Below are positions 16,961 to 26,842 of a stretch of 64,000 nt of DNA, piece by piece. The position numbers and the translations under genes are program-made. The stretch lies in the sequence record NC_010821.1; one strand, given 5' to 3'. Each line of letters opens with the position of its first letter. The stretch's first letter is position 1. The notes beneath the pieces were generated by a model that was given only the letters and a program-made list of their open reading frames with translations, was not told the origin of the DNA and made no database searches.

Positions 16961-17833
16961 TCAGTTATAGTGGAGCAGTAAATAACCACTCATGTTGTTA
17001 GCTAACCCACTGACCCGTAATACACACACCTGTTGAATGTCTTTACGTGGAGAGTACCGTGGCAACACGATGCCATTGTAAAGTACACTCAATCTAGCCT
17101 CACCTGAAATAACCTCACCGGCTATGTTCCAGTCCACCACTTCGGTACTACACACGAATGGATAAGTGGTAACATCATTAAGGATTGCTGCCAGCTTACG
17201 ACCACTCGGCCATACGGAAGCACTGGACAAGTCTTTGATGAATTCACGTTCATGGGTGAAATCAAAACCGCTAGTCGTAAACTGACTAACGATTTTACCA
17301 TCTACACTACCTAGAGGTCTAGGGTTAGCGGTGATGAGTTCTAATTTATCACCTACGTTGGCCAATAGCTGCTTAGTGGTATTGACCAGCTCGAATTGAA
17401 CTGATCCTACAAACCGCAATGACTTAGGTGACGCTGTCAGTGTATAGACACGTTGATATTCATCGTACTGTACATGGACAAAATCGTTCAATGTAAATAC
17501 GATGTCATTTAGTTCGCCAATAGCAGCGAGCACTTTAAACGTATTGGTAGGTAAAGCGAAGTCACTGAGTTGTTTGATAGCTGGACCCACAAAGAAACTC
17601 GCTAGGTCTAAACGATCGTAAACATAGTTCTCACGGGTAACCTCAGGTTGAGTGTTGTTTGGGTCGATGCTACGACGAGCATCAACCTCAATCTGTGTCC
17701 GTGTTCCACCCAAAGAAACCATCGATTTAAGTGTTGCGGTGTAAGGAGTCAAATCGGTGAGATACACTTCATTGATCCGATTGATCACAGCAACCCATGG
17801 GTCAGCTGCTAAATAGTCTTTTGTGCTATACAT
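16961..17833 (-). CDS. virion structural protein (phiKZ gp127-like)
   Basis: DPWVAVINRINE..YVYDRLDL motif; synteny before gp128/portal. Confidence 0.7.
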   Translation of the reverse strand: MYSTKDYLAADPWVAVINRINEVYLTDLTPYTATLKSMVSLGGTRTQIEVDARRSIDPNNTQPEVTRENYVYDRLDLASFFVGPAIKQLSDFALPTNTFKVLAAIGELNDIVFTLNDFVHVQYDEYQRVYTLTASPKSLRFVGSVQFELVNTTKQLLANVGDKLELITANPRPLGSVDGKIVSQFTTSGFDFTHEREFIKDLSSASVWPSGRKLAAILNDVTTYPFVCSTEVVDWNIAGEVISGEARLSVLYNGIVLPRYSPRKDIQQVCVLRVSGLANNMSGYLLLHYN

Positions 17834-17835
17834 AC

Positions 17836-20007
17836 TCAACTCTCAAATTTGGGCCAGTCTGTTTCAGTTGGAGGTTCATAGATACCCAGTTCGCCATTCG
17901 GGTCAGGATCGTTGTAAACGGTAATGTTGACATTACTAATACCCAAGCCAATTACAGGCATTGGATAATTACCTTCTTTAAAGGACGTCTCAACAATATC
18001 TACCATTGGATCGATACACCATTTACCTTGTTGACGATAATGCCATGAGATCTCTGGACCCACTACAGCATCGCTGATCAGATAGCGTGCTTTCTCAAGG
18101 GCAGCGTACTGCCTTAGAGCGATGTTAACAATAGGTACAATAAGCGTATCACCGGACGAAGCAGAGATATCACCAATACGGGGCATTACCATACCCAGCA
18201 CATGGAACTTGGTGTATTCCACATTGCGTAGGAATTGTGCAATGTAACTAGACATCTTTGACATCAGTCTAAGGAGTTCACGTTGTACTTCCCCAAGAGT
18301 AATGATCTTAACCAAGTTTGCACCGGTAGCGATGTTAATGGTATCTAACATCAACTGTTCCATGTCTGGATTGGACAAATCGGTAATGTCGAAGCCTTGA
18401 GCCTTAAAGTAATCATCCCATGCAATATCGCCGTCTACCAAGGTACACATGCGGTTCATGTAGTGCATGCGAACAATTTGTTCACAATACCCACGACCAA
18501 CCATGTGTTCTTGGAAACTATATAGTTCCCACTGTTTGATATATCGTTGATGTGCACCAACGCAGTCAAGATAGAACTGCTCTGTGGAGATATAGTCACT
18601 CATTGGAGGTGTCAGGTCTTGGATAGCCGTAATGATCCGATCAGGAATAATACGGATAGGTGACATCTCCCGCAGTTCAGCAAACGTAGGAGACCTTGGT
18701 CGCAATACATCGTAGGCTACGAACTTTGGAATAGTCGGACTTAGCCAACCGCGAGTTTTCATCCAGCAATACATCGTGATGATCCAAGCATCCTTAACCG
18801 ACATGGTCATGTTAACACCATTCTTAGGATTAGGTACTTGAATGAAAGCTCTATAGCGCTGACTTGATGCTAGGTCCAGCCACTCGTTCAATAGAACGTC
18901 CTGTAGACTGCGTACGTTAGACACAGAGCGGTCGATAACCTCAGAGTCATACACACGGGTAGGTAACGTGCTATAAGCTCCGTAACCCATGTCACGTTGG
19001 ATGTCACGCTCGGTATCGAATTGGACCAGAGCGTTGTCACGTGCCAATGGTTCTTCCCGTACTAAAATATTCATCGTAGGTACAGCGGCATTATCTTCAT
19101 CAACCACTTTGAAGTTAATGTCATGCTTAACCATTTCAGCAGAAGCTTTGAAGTCACGTAACAGGTTCTTAGAGTTCTGTTCCAGAGTGTATTCGAGAAT
19201 AGGAATACCGCGATGAGTTAGAATGTTTTGAACCAACCGCTTGAAGTTATCCTTACTACCGGCATGTCGCTGCAAGTAATTAATGTTACGGTATAACCAA
19301 AGCATCTGGTAAGTGTCAAGATAGGGGATGAAGTCATCTAGATGTTGATGCGATGCAAGGTATTCACGAATATGGTAACTATGGGCTTGGTTAGTCTTAG
19401 CTTTGTCTAAGCGCATTGCCATGATAGCAGGTACCATTCGCATATAGAGATTACCTAAGAAACCAGCATGGAACAGTGCATCGACTAAGTTGAACTGATC
19501 GTTGTACCAATGCAAATAGAATGCATCTACCCAATCTTGTAGTTCATAAATCAATATACCCTCTTGTTCCTCGATGTACTGTGCGTCGTAATAGAGGATT
19601 TTCCCATTGGGTGCGTCGATAGCCGTTTGGATGTCAACTGGGAAAAGGATACCTGTAATCAAGTCAACTTGTTTAGGGTATTGACGAGATAAACTTTTAT
19701 ATAGCGTACTACCCGGTACATAAGCCCGTGCAGTAGCTCGGTGGATAAGTAGATTGGCCTTAGTAAATTCAATCATTTCCAGCGTGTCAGCTGAACGAAC
19801 GTACATCATCTCATCGGTTGAATGATATTCCCCGGCTAAGTGCATGTAATATTTCCACGTAGTTGGTTCGTCTTGGTCTACAGTAATTGGATAGTTGCGC
19901 TCTAATTGATAGTTGATTTGTTCAGCAGTTTCACTAAACTTAATAATAACTGACCTTACCAATTTGATAGTGTCAGAACGATAAACATCAAAGTATACGT
20001 TACTCAT
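17836..20007 (-). CDS. virion structural/baseplate protein (phiKZ gp128-like)
   Basis: 723 aa divergent from the portal; TWKYYMHLAGEYH and YLWLYRNI-type motifs. Confidence 0.75.
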   Translation of the reverse strand: MSNVYFDVYRSDTIKLVRSVIIKFSETAEQINYQLERNYPITVDQDEPTTWKYYMHLAGEYHSTDEMMYVRSADTLEMIEFTKANLLIHRATARAYVPGSTLYKSLSRQYPKQVDLITGILFPVDIQTAIDAPNGKILYYDAQYIEEQEGILIYELQDWVDAFYLHWYNDQFNLVDALFHAGFLGNLYMRMVPAIMAMRLDKAKTNQAHSYHIREYLASHQHLDDFIPYLDTYQMLWLYRNINYLQRHAGSKDNFKRLVQNILTHRGIPILEYTLEQNSKNLLRDFKASAEMVKHDINFKVVDEDNAAVPTMNILVREEPLARDNALVQFDTERDIQRDMGYGAYSTLPTRVYDSEVIDRSVSNVRSLQDVLLNEWLDLASSQRYRAFIQVPNPKNGVNMTMSVKDAWIITMYCWMKTRGWLSPTIPKFVAYDVLRPRSPTFAELREMSPIRIIPDRIITAIQDLTPPMSDYISTEQFYLDCVGAHQRYIKQWELYSFQEHMVGRGYCEQIVRMHYMNRMCTLVDGDIAWDDYFKAQGFDITDLSNPDMEQLMLDTINIATGANLVKIITLGEVQRELLRLMSKMSSYIAQFLRNVEYTKFHVLGMVMPRIGDISASSGDTLIVPIVNIALRQYAALEKARYLISDAVVGPEISWHYRQQGKWCIDPMVDIVETSFKEGNYPMPVIGLGISNVNITVYNDPDPNGELGIYEPPTETDWPKFES

Positions 20008-20042
20008 GGTAAGATACTCACTTAGTAATTTGGGAGTTTTAA

Positions 20043-22796
20043 ATGACTCAAAGTAAGAAAGTGGATACTTATCCTAAATTGGCAGCCCTTCGTTTAGGTC
20101 ATGCAGCTACACCTACTAACGCCGTTTTAAACATTCTGCGTAAAGGTGTCAATGACCCAACTGGTTCGGCATCACAACCCAAAGTGGATGTGAACCGCTA
20201 CACTATGGATAAGGTGTCCCGACAGACATCGCAAGATCAGACTGACTCTGATGCAGTTATGCAACTGCTACCAGAACTTCAGTTGGTAAAAACCGTAACC
20301 ATTGGTACGACACTCGATCCAAAGTCGATGTCTGAATCTAACCTTACGTTCACCGTTGACCCTACTGTGTTCGACAGTGAGATTGGTAAGTTGTTGCTTG
20401 AGCCAATTGAAACTTTCTTCAAGAAAGACTATAAGATTGACGACCGCCTCGACCTCATCCTGACGGATTGCTTGTTCACCAAGGGTTCATCGGTGCTATG
20501 CGTATTACCTGAGAACACATTGGACTCTCTGGTAAACGGTCGACAACAAATGTCGATGGAATCTTTTGAACAGATTCGTAATCACGTTAGTGCCTCTAAT
20601 AATAAGCCACTAGGTATTTTAGGATCACCCAAGCCACGTGGTACAGGGCCAAAGATCTCCCTTGAATATCATGATGGGGTTTCAGCAGAATCGGGTGTAA
20701 AAGGTTATGCTGAATTCTTGAAGAAAAACGTTACACTTGAACACATCACTGTAACTGATAACTTCGATGGCCTAAAGATTCCTCAGATGTCTCAACGTAT
20801 CCGTGAGCTTACGATCGCACAGAAACTGCGCGGGCGTAATATCTCTATGGAAGCTGAAGTTCACCACTTCAAGAACAAAGAGATTGAAGAACTCTATCAG
20901 GCTACTCATGCAACTTCTGAACAGACTCAAGTTATTTCCTCACCGAAGTATATGTCACGTCCGTCAGTCGGTCATCCCCTGATTCTTCCACTTCCACCAG
21001 AGTCAGTCATTCCAGTATTCGTATCTGGTCGACCTTACGAACACATTGGTTATTTCCTGCTGGTAGACCATAACGGTTATCCAGTCTCGAAAGACACCAC
21101 TCGTGACTTCTATGGTGAGATGCAGTCGGGTTGGAAGTCCAGTACCCAAGGTGGGTCTAACGCTCAAGGTTCTAGTGAAATCCTTCGACTGACCCGTGAG
21201 GCAATGGGTGACAACGGCAATAAGTCTGAGTACGAAGTAGACCATATCCAACAGGCTTTCAACGCCATCCTGACTAGCGACCTGAACAACCGTCTCCGTA
21301 ACGGGATGTACGATCAGGAAATTGAAGTTGGCATGTCGCAAGAGATCCAGCGGATTATGCTTTACCGTAGCTGGAAAGCTAAGTCGACTCAGTTGGTTTT
21401 CGTACCAGTTGAACTCATGACCTACATCGCATTCGACTACAACAACAATGGTATCGGTGAAACTCTGATTGCTCGTACTAAGATGTTGTCGACAATGCGT
21501 ACCACACTGCTGTTCGCTGAAACCATTGGTGGTATGCGTAACGCAATGGGTCGTAAGAAAGTCCGTATCGAAATCGACCCAGATGATCCAGATCCAGAAC
21601 AAACGATCTCCAACATCCAATCGGTTATCATGGAACAGTCTCACCGGAGTTTCCCTCTGGCTGCACCTGATCCAGGACAAACCTTGGATGCACTGATGCG
21701 TTCTGGTTATGACTTTGAGATTAACTCTAACGACTCGGCCTATGCTTCGACTAAGGTTGAGTTTGACGATTACAATACCAATGTCAATGCTGGTAACCCA
21801 GATCTGCAAGACCGTCTTCGCCGTTATCACATCAGCTCCTTTGGTATTCCACCAGAGAAAGTTGACCCAATGGCTAGTCCAGACTTTGCAACCTCGATCG
21901 TGAACAACGACTTGGTTACGGCACGTGTGGTTAAAGAACGTCAGAAAGCATTGTGTGAACACCTGTCTAAGTTCATCCGTGTATTCTCCGTACATAGTTC
22001 CATTATCCGTGATGCGCTGAAAACTAAGATCCACGACAACGTTTCCATGATCGTATCCCCTGAGTTGAAGAAACTCACGGTAGATGAACTTATCGATGAA
22101 TTCATCTTGGCAATCAGCGTAGGTCTCCCTGCACCAGACAACACTCAACATGAGCGTCAACTGGAAGCATTGGAAGTTTACGAACGCTTGCTGGATAAGG
22201 CACTGGAATCTCATATCACTCCAGATATGTTCCCAGATGACCTCACTGAGATCGCAGGCCTGGCCGATGATATCTTGCTTAACACCAAAGCAATGTTCAT
22301 GCGTCAATACATGGCTACTAACAACATCATGCCAGAGTTGAATATTCTGACCGAGATGGATGGTAATAGACCAGCGTTCAGTCTGTTGGACTTCATCAAT
22401 ACCCAACGTGCAACAACCGTTCAGGCATTCCTTGAATACGCGGCAGGTAAGAAGAAGTTCAAAGATCGTCTGCACTCACTCTACAAAGAAATTATTGAGT
22501 CTATCAATAATGACGCCGATGGCGGCGGCTTTGGTGATAGTGGTGGCGGTGGTTTCGGCGACGAGCCAACTGACGATGAAGGTGGTGGGTTTGATGATGA
22601 TTCGTCGTTTGACGATACATCTAACAATGAACTCGATGACGATTCACAAAATGAATTGGATTCAGATTTCAGTATGGACAATACCCAAGAGTCCGATGAT
22701 CTTGCTGAAGATGATGACGCCTCTGATCTTAATGATCCGATGCAATCAGCTGAAGAAGATGAGAACGAGGAAGACGAAGGTAGTCGCCCTCAGTAG
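20043..22796 (+). CDS. portal protein (phiKZ gp129-like)
   Basis: 917 aa; N-terminal S-M-E/S-L-E processing sites, VFVPVELMTYIAFDY core, acidic G/D-rich C-terminal tail; synteny. Confidence 0.8.
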   Translation: MTQSKKVDTYPKLAALRLGHAATPTNAVLNILRKGVNDPTGSASQPKVDVNRYTMDKVSRQTSQDQTDSDAVMQLLPELQLVKTVTIGTTLDPKSMSESNLTFTVDPTVFDSEIGKLLLEPIETFFKKDYKIDDRLDLILTDCLFTKGSSVLCVLPENTLDSLVNGRQQMSMESFEQIRNHVSASNNKPLGILGSPKPRGTGPKISLEYHDGVSAESGVKGYAEFLKKNVTLEHITVTDNFDGLKIPQMSQRIRELTIAQKLRGRNISMEAEVHHFKNKEIEELYQATHATSEQTQVISSPKYMSRPSVGHPLILPLPPESVIPVFVSGRPYEHIGYFLLVDHNGYPVSKDTTRDFYGEMQSGWKSSTQGGSNAQGSSEILRLTREAMGDNGNKSEYEVDHIQQAFNAILTSDLNNRLRNGMYDQEIEVGMSQEIQRIMLYRSWKAKSTQLVFVPVELMTYIAFDYNNNGIGETLIARTKMLSTMRTTLLFAETIGGMRNAMGRKKVRIEIDPDDPDPEQTISNIQSVIMEQSHRSFPLAAPDPGQTLDALMRSGYDFEINSNDSAYASTKVEFDDYNTNVNAGNPDLQDRLRRYHISSFGIPPEKVDPMASPDFATSIVNNDLVTARVVKERQKALCEHLSKFIRVFSVHSSIIRDALKTKIHDNVSMIVSPELKKLTVDELIDEFILAISVGLPAPDNTQHERQLEALEVYERLLDKALESHITPDMFPDDLTEIAGLADDILLNTKAMFMRQYMATNNIMPELNILTEMDGNRPAFSLLDFINTQRATTVQAFLEYAAGKKKFKDRLHSLYKEIIESINNDADGGGFGDSGGGGFGDEPTDDEGGGFDDDSSFDDTSNNELDDDSQNELDSDFSMDNTQESDDLAEDDDASDLNDPMQSAEEDENEEDEGSRPQ

Positions 22797-22838
22797 ACAA
22801 CATAAGACCCCGACCGTAAGGCCGGGGCTTTATGCCGT
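22797..22838. terminator. bidirectional stem-loop
   Basis: CATAAGACCCCGACC-GTAA-GGCCGGGGCTTTATG between convergent genes. Confidence 0.75.
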
Positions 22839-24124
22839 TAACCTTCTACTCCGATAATACGGAAGTAAGCAGTCTCGTTCTTAACTGGCTGAGCCGGGTA
22901 GCGTCCACCGTTTACAGCTTTCTGTTGTAACCATGGGCGGTGATGAGCATCGTAGTTATTACGTTGGTTCATGGTCGCACAGTACACATATAACTGCTCT
23001 ACTGTTGGAGCTAACTGACTCTTGGCCATACCGGGTTCTTTGATGATGTGATAATCTAGCATCTTACCGTAAGCCCCTACCATCGGCAGTTGCTCTTGCT
23101 TACCATCAATGAATCGACCAGGTTCATTAAGATACTGAACTGGTTCGAAAGATTGGAAGAACGTTGGGGAATCAACAATAACAAAGAAACTCTGACTCAG
23201 TTTAAGGTAAGCCCTAATGACGGAATCATCTTTTAACTGCTGTGCATTGAATAACGTTTCACTATCGGGATCTGATTCAAGCCCTAAGCTACTGAGGTCC
23301 ATATCTTTAACCGATTGAATATACCGATTAAGGAACATCATTCGGCCGAAGCTTAGACGCCAGGTATTATCATTAACCCGCTCGTAAACATCTGAGAGTA
23401 CGTTAAGGTAACCGCCTGTTACCAACAACACCGTTTTGTCTTTGATATCGACATCACTTGGTAGTTTCAAATATGTAGCGTCCCAAAGAGGAGTGTCTTC
23501 AGAAGAAGCGATAATCATTTCATCAGTAATTGGAACAAACTTTAATTTACCAATCGTTTCAAATGAGTATAAACCAATCTGGTTATCATTAGACCTTAGT
23601 ACTGTTTTGTTACCATCGATAATCCTTACGCCATTTACAGTCCAGTCAGTTAAATGGAAATAACCATTTACTGAGATCAAACAGTTATCACGGATTACCT
23701 GTGGCTTAAACTTAGGATGAGTTAACACTAAGTCATCTTTATAGTGAACGGAGATATCTTGGTCAATATGACCATTGGCTGGAGCGGCTTGAATATCGTA
23801 ACCACAATGCCAGGCTTGTGCATACTTAACCAAACGAAGTTTCTCGTTGGGTAGCTGTGCATCAAATGGAAGTGTTTTGTTACCAATAGAAGTCAACCAT
23901 TGTTGTACAGTCAGCATAGGGTCAACACCATTTAAAGTGTATTCCACATTCGACCAGTGCAGTGCCTTTAATACAGGGCTACCTGCTCCTGGGTACTCGA
24001 TGTACAAATAGATATCACCATAGTTTGCAGAGAGCGTACCGATTGGCTCGTCAGCCAAATCAGCCTCGGCCCAGCGACCGTCGCGTCGATCTCGGCGGTA
24101 TCTTGCCCGTACTAATTCGTACAT
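22838..24124 (-). CDS. virion structural protein (phiKZ gp130-like)
   Basis: 428 aa between portal and fibre cluster; GGAGG RBS; NCLISVNGYFH motif. Confidence 0.7.
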   Translation of the reverse strand: MYELVRARYRRDRRDGRWAEADLADEPIGTLSANYGDIYLYIEYPGAGSPVLKALHWSNVEYTLNGVDPMLTVQQWLTSIGNKTLPFDAQLPNEKLRLVKYAQAWHCGYDIQAAPANGHIDQDISVHYKDDLVLTHPKFKPQVIRDNCLISVNGYFHLTDWTVNGVRIIDGNKTVLRSNDNQIGLYSFETIGKLKFVPITDEMIIASSEDTPLWDATYLKLPSDVDIKDKTVLLVTGGYLNVLSDVYERVNDNTWRLSFGRMMFLNRYIQSVKDMDLSSLGLESDPDSETLFNAQQLKDDSVIRAYLKLSQSFFVIVDSPTFFQSFEPVQYLNEPGRFIDGKQEQLPMVGAYGKMLDYHIIKEPGMAKSQLAPTVEQLYVYCATMNQRNNYDAHHRPWLQQKAVNGGRYPAQPVKNETAYFRIIGVEG

Positions 24125-24216
24125 GTTTTACCTCCAGGAGTAAGATTGGACAATTCTATGTGAATTTCACATCATTACGCTAACAACAGCGCACTAGTGC
24201 TTCCTAGGAGGGCGCG

Positions 24217-26433
24217 ATGGCTTACAGTACAACTAATCTGTATCCAGAAGACCTTAACGGGACTAACCCGGCGAACTTGATTACTAACGAACCACAAACG
24301 TTACAAGTACCTGGTCCCGAAGACTACTACTTTATTATCCCGAAGGCGGCCCCGTTCTTCGTTGACTCCGTGAAGGTACTCAACGCTGCAACAATGCAAC
24401 CTTACGTGGAAGGTGATGACTACCAGCTAGGTCACCAATTCATTGAAGCTATGGACTCTACTGGTCGACCCATTGCCGGTAGTATTCGTTTCATGCGACC
24501 TACCATCACCGGTCAAGTACTTATTACTTACCGAACGTTGGGTGGTCCATGGGGCTTCAGTGATCAGGCGATCATGCGTGAGCTGTCGAACAAACTCGTC
24601 AACCCACTCATCCGCAGTTGGGGTGACATTGATCCGCTCCCTTACTCATTCCCACCATTACCCCATGATCAGCGAATCGACACACTTATTGGTTCTAAAC
24701 AGATCAATGACACCTTGATTCACATTGCTGAGATCATGGAAGCAACTGCTGAAGGGACCACACAATCTCACCTTAATGACTTTAATAACCCGCACCGGGT
24801 TAACAAGACCCAGGTAGGTTTGGGTAACGTCCCCAACTTTGCAATGGCTACCGATCAAGAGCATCAAGATGGTACTCGTAACGATTTGTTTACGAATCCT
24901 CGTGGTGTCCTGTTGATGATTCAGAAGTTTGCATTGGTTCCATTAGATGCACACATCGCCGACTATGGCAACCCACATCGGGTTAACAAGTCACAGGTAG
25001 GTTTGGGTAACGTACCAAACTTTGCAAAAGCAACTGCGGCGCAAGCAATAGATCCGACCAACGACTCGACATTCATGACTCCTTACACGGCAGCCCTGCT
25101 CGTGCAAAGTATGTCTAATGATCCACGTCTTGATCAATTGATCCTTGATTTCAACGAACACATCACTGCTAACAACCCGCACAATATCACACCTGCTCTG
25201 ATTGGCACTTACACATCGGAACAAATCGACGATATGATCGATGCTGTTTCCAGAGGTGGTGATGCAGCAACGTTCGACGGCCAAGATGCCGCACAGTGGG
25301 AAGCTAAGTTCCCGTCTAACGCTGACATGAATGCCATCCTCGATGAACTGTTCCAGACATTTGTTGATGCAAGTACCGCTTGGGCTCAATTGGATGTAAG
25401 TGATCCACTCACCCCTGCTGAGAAAGATACCATTGCAGCACGGCGATTGAGTTGGACGTTTGGCGACTACAACGCGTATGCGCTGTATAACTCTCTTGGG
25501 GACGGGGTTATTCAAGCTTCATCCGAAGTCGGTAATGGATTCCCAACTGGGGCAGTTGCTAACATGGTAGGTCGTTGGGGTACCACTAGTAATGGTGCAT
25601 ACTACGTTAACGATAATGGCACTGTTAAAGTTTGGGGTAGTGGTCCGGTTACTTTACCGACTAAGTATACCAACGCTTCAGATGCGGCTTTTGATCCGAT
25701 CGCAGCAGTGTACCCTTCTCTGGATTGGGTAATCCTACATTCTAGAGCTGGTGAGATCCTACGTGTGTCCCGAGGTACTGCCGCCAATGGTACGGGCGTG
25801 GTTCTTAAGAACGGTGACAACATTGTGTGGAGCATGTACCTTAATAACGGTATGGCCGATAACCGAGTATGTGCTATTTACGAGGACTCGGAGTCGAACT
25901 GGTTTGCTTTGGGTGATACTAGCTGGGTGGCGGCTTGTAATGCGTTACTATCGGCAGCCACCGCGGCTGATGCGACTGTGCTCGACGTACGTATTGGCAC
26001 CAATACCCTGGTGATCATCACCGAGACTGGTCCAGATACAGCTAAGGTTCAGAAAGTATACGTCTACGCTATCAACTGGGGTGGAACAATTACTCTAACT
26101 GACGTTAGTGGTACTACGGCTGTTCGTAACCACACTACAGGTGAAGTTCTGATGGCCGACCAACTGACTGGGGTTACTCAGGTAGCCGGCTCGTTTAACC
26201 ATACGGTACTTACTCGTCCGATTGCACCCGATCAAGAGCTTTGCGATCTGTTATCATTCGGTGACGACTCTAACGGTCAACTCGAGATCCCAGCGACATC
26301 GGCACCATTCTTAGCTATCGGTGCAGGTTACGGTTTTACAGTGACCATCAACCAATTCCGCTACGCTGAGTTCTGGGGTGATTCTCCAGACAACTCGCTG
26401 CTGTATCGTGGATCAGCTAGTATCGCACCTTAA
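24217..26433 (+). CDS. baseplate/tail-fibre protein (phiKZ gp131-like)
   Basis: YPEDLNGTNPANLI N-domain, H..D..NPH.V...QVGLGNV repeats, beta-rich C-terminal domain. Confidence 0.8.
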   Translation: MAYSTTNLYPEDLNGTNPANLITNEPQTLQVPGPEDYYFIIPKAAPFFVDSVKVLNAATMQPYVEGDDYQLGHQFIEAMDSTGRPIAGSIRFMRPTITGQVLITYRTLGGPWGFSDQAIMRELSNKLVNPLIRSWGDIDPLPYSFPPLPHDQRIDTLIGSKQINDTLIHIAEIMEATAEGTTQSHLNDFNNPHRVNKTQVGLGNVPNFAMATDQEHQDGTRNDLFTNPRGVLLMIQKFALVPLDAHIADYGNPHRVNKSQVGLGNVPNFAKATAAQAIDPTNDSTFMTPYTAALLVQSMSNDPRLDQLILDFNEHITANNPHNITPALIGTYTSEQIDDMIDAVSRGGDAATFDGQDAAQWEAKFPSNADMNAILDELFQTFVDASTAWAQLDVSDPLTPAEKDTIAARRLSWTFGDYNAYALYNSLGDGVIQASSEVGNGFPTGAVANMVGRWGTTSNGAYYVNDNGTVKVWGSGPVTLPTKYTNASDAAFDPIAAVYPSLDWVILHSRAGEILRVSRGTAANGTGVVLKNGDNIVWSMYLNNGMADNRVCAIYEDSESNWFALGDTSWVAACNALLSAATAADATVLDVRIGTNTLVIITETGPDTAKVQKVYVYAINWGGTITLTDVSGTTAVRNHTTGEVLMADQLTGVTQVAGSFNHTVLTRPIAPDQELCDLLSFGDDSNGQLEIPATSAPFLAIGAGYGFTVTINQFRYAEFWGDSPDNSLLYRGSASIAP
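24787..25027 (+). repeat. intragenic direct repeat pair (58 bp, 52/58 identical)
   Basis: 24787-24844 vs 24970-25027, both encoding NPHRVNK[TS]QVGLGNVPNFA. Confidence 0.85.
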
Positions 26434-26444
26434 GGAGGTGACCT

Positions 26445-26768
26445 ATGGCAATGGCTACCTTTCGAGTTAACCTCGATAAACTGAAGACAGCTATTCTTCA
26501 GTTATTCAATGGTCAACTGCAAAAAGTAACTACTCTTAAAGATCGTTTGAATGAACATACCTTAGCAACTGGTAATGTTCACGATCTTGAACCACGTGAC
26601 ATCGGTTTGGGTAACGTACCTGACTGGACACCTGCCACTAAAGTGCAGGCACAGCAAGGTTTGAGTAACAACGCCTTCATGACCCCACGCCGGGTGGATG
26701 ATTACGCAGACGCTAATATCTTCACCGTCATTGGTGATGCATTTAAAGACGCGGCTGATGATCTTTAA
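26445..26768 (+). CDS. small fibre-associated protein (phiKZ gp132-like)
   Basis: AGGAGG RBS; a single HT..TGNVH...IGLGNV unit. Confidence 0.8.
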   Translation: MAMATFRVNLDKLKTAILQLFNGQLQKVTTLKDRLNEHTLATGNVHDLEPRDIGLGNVPDWTPATKVQAQQGLSNNAFMTPRRVDDYADANIFTVIGDAFKDAADDL

Positions 26769-26781
26769 ACACAACTAAACG

Positions 26782-26819
26782 GCAGAGGGAGCGCTGGTTA
26801 ATCCCAGTGCTTCCCCTGC
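26782..26819 (+). other. intergenic hairpin within fibre operon
   Basis: 16-bp stem with one A-C mismatch and two G-U pairs (GCAGAGGGAGCGCTGG/CCAGTGCTTCCCCTGC). Confidence 0.5.
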
Positions 26820-26842
26820 TGTTATTTTCCCTTGGAGCTGAC

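Noticed and set aside
21003-22475. 490-aa antisense ORF in the portal gene
   Set aside because: Same-register shadow ORF.
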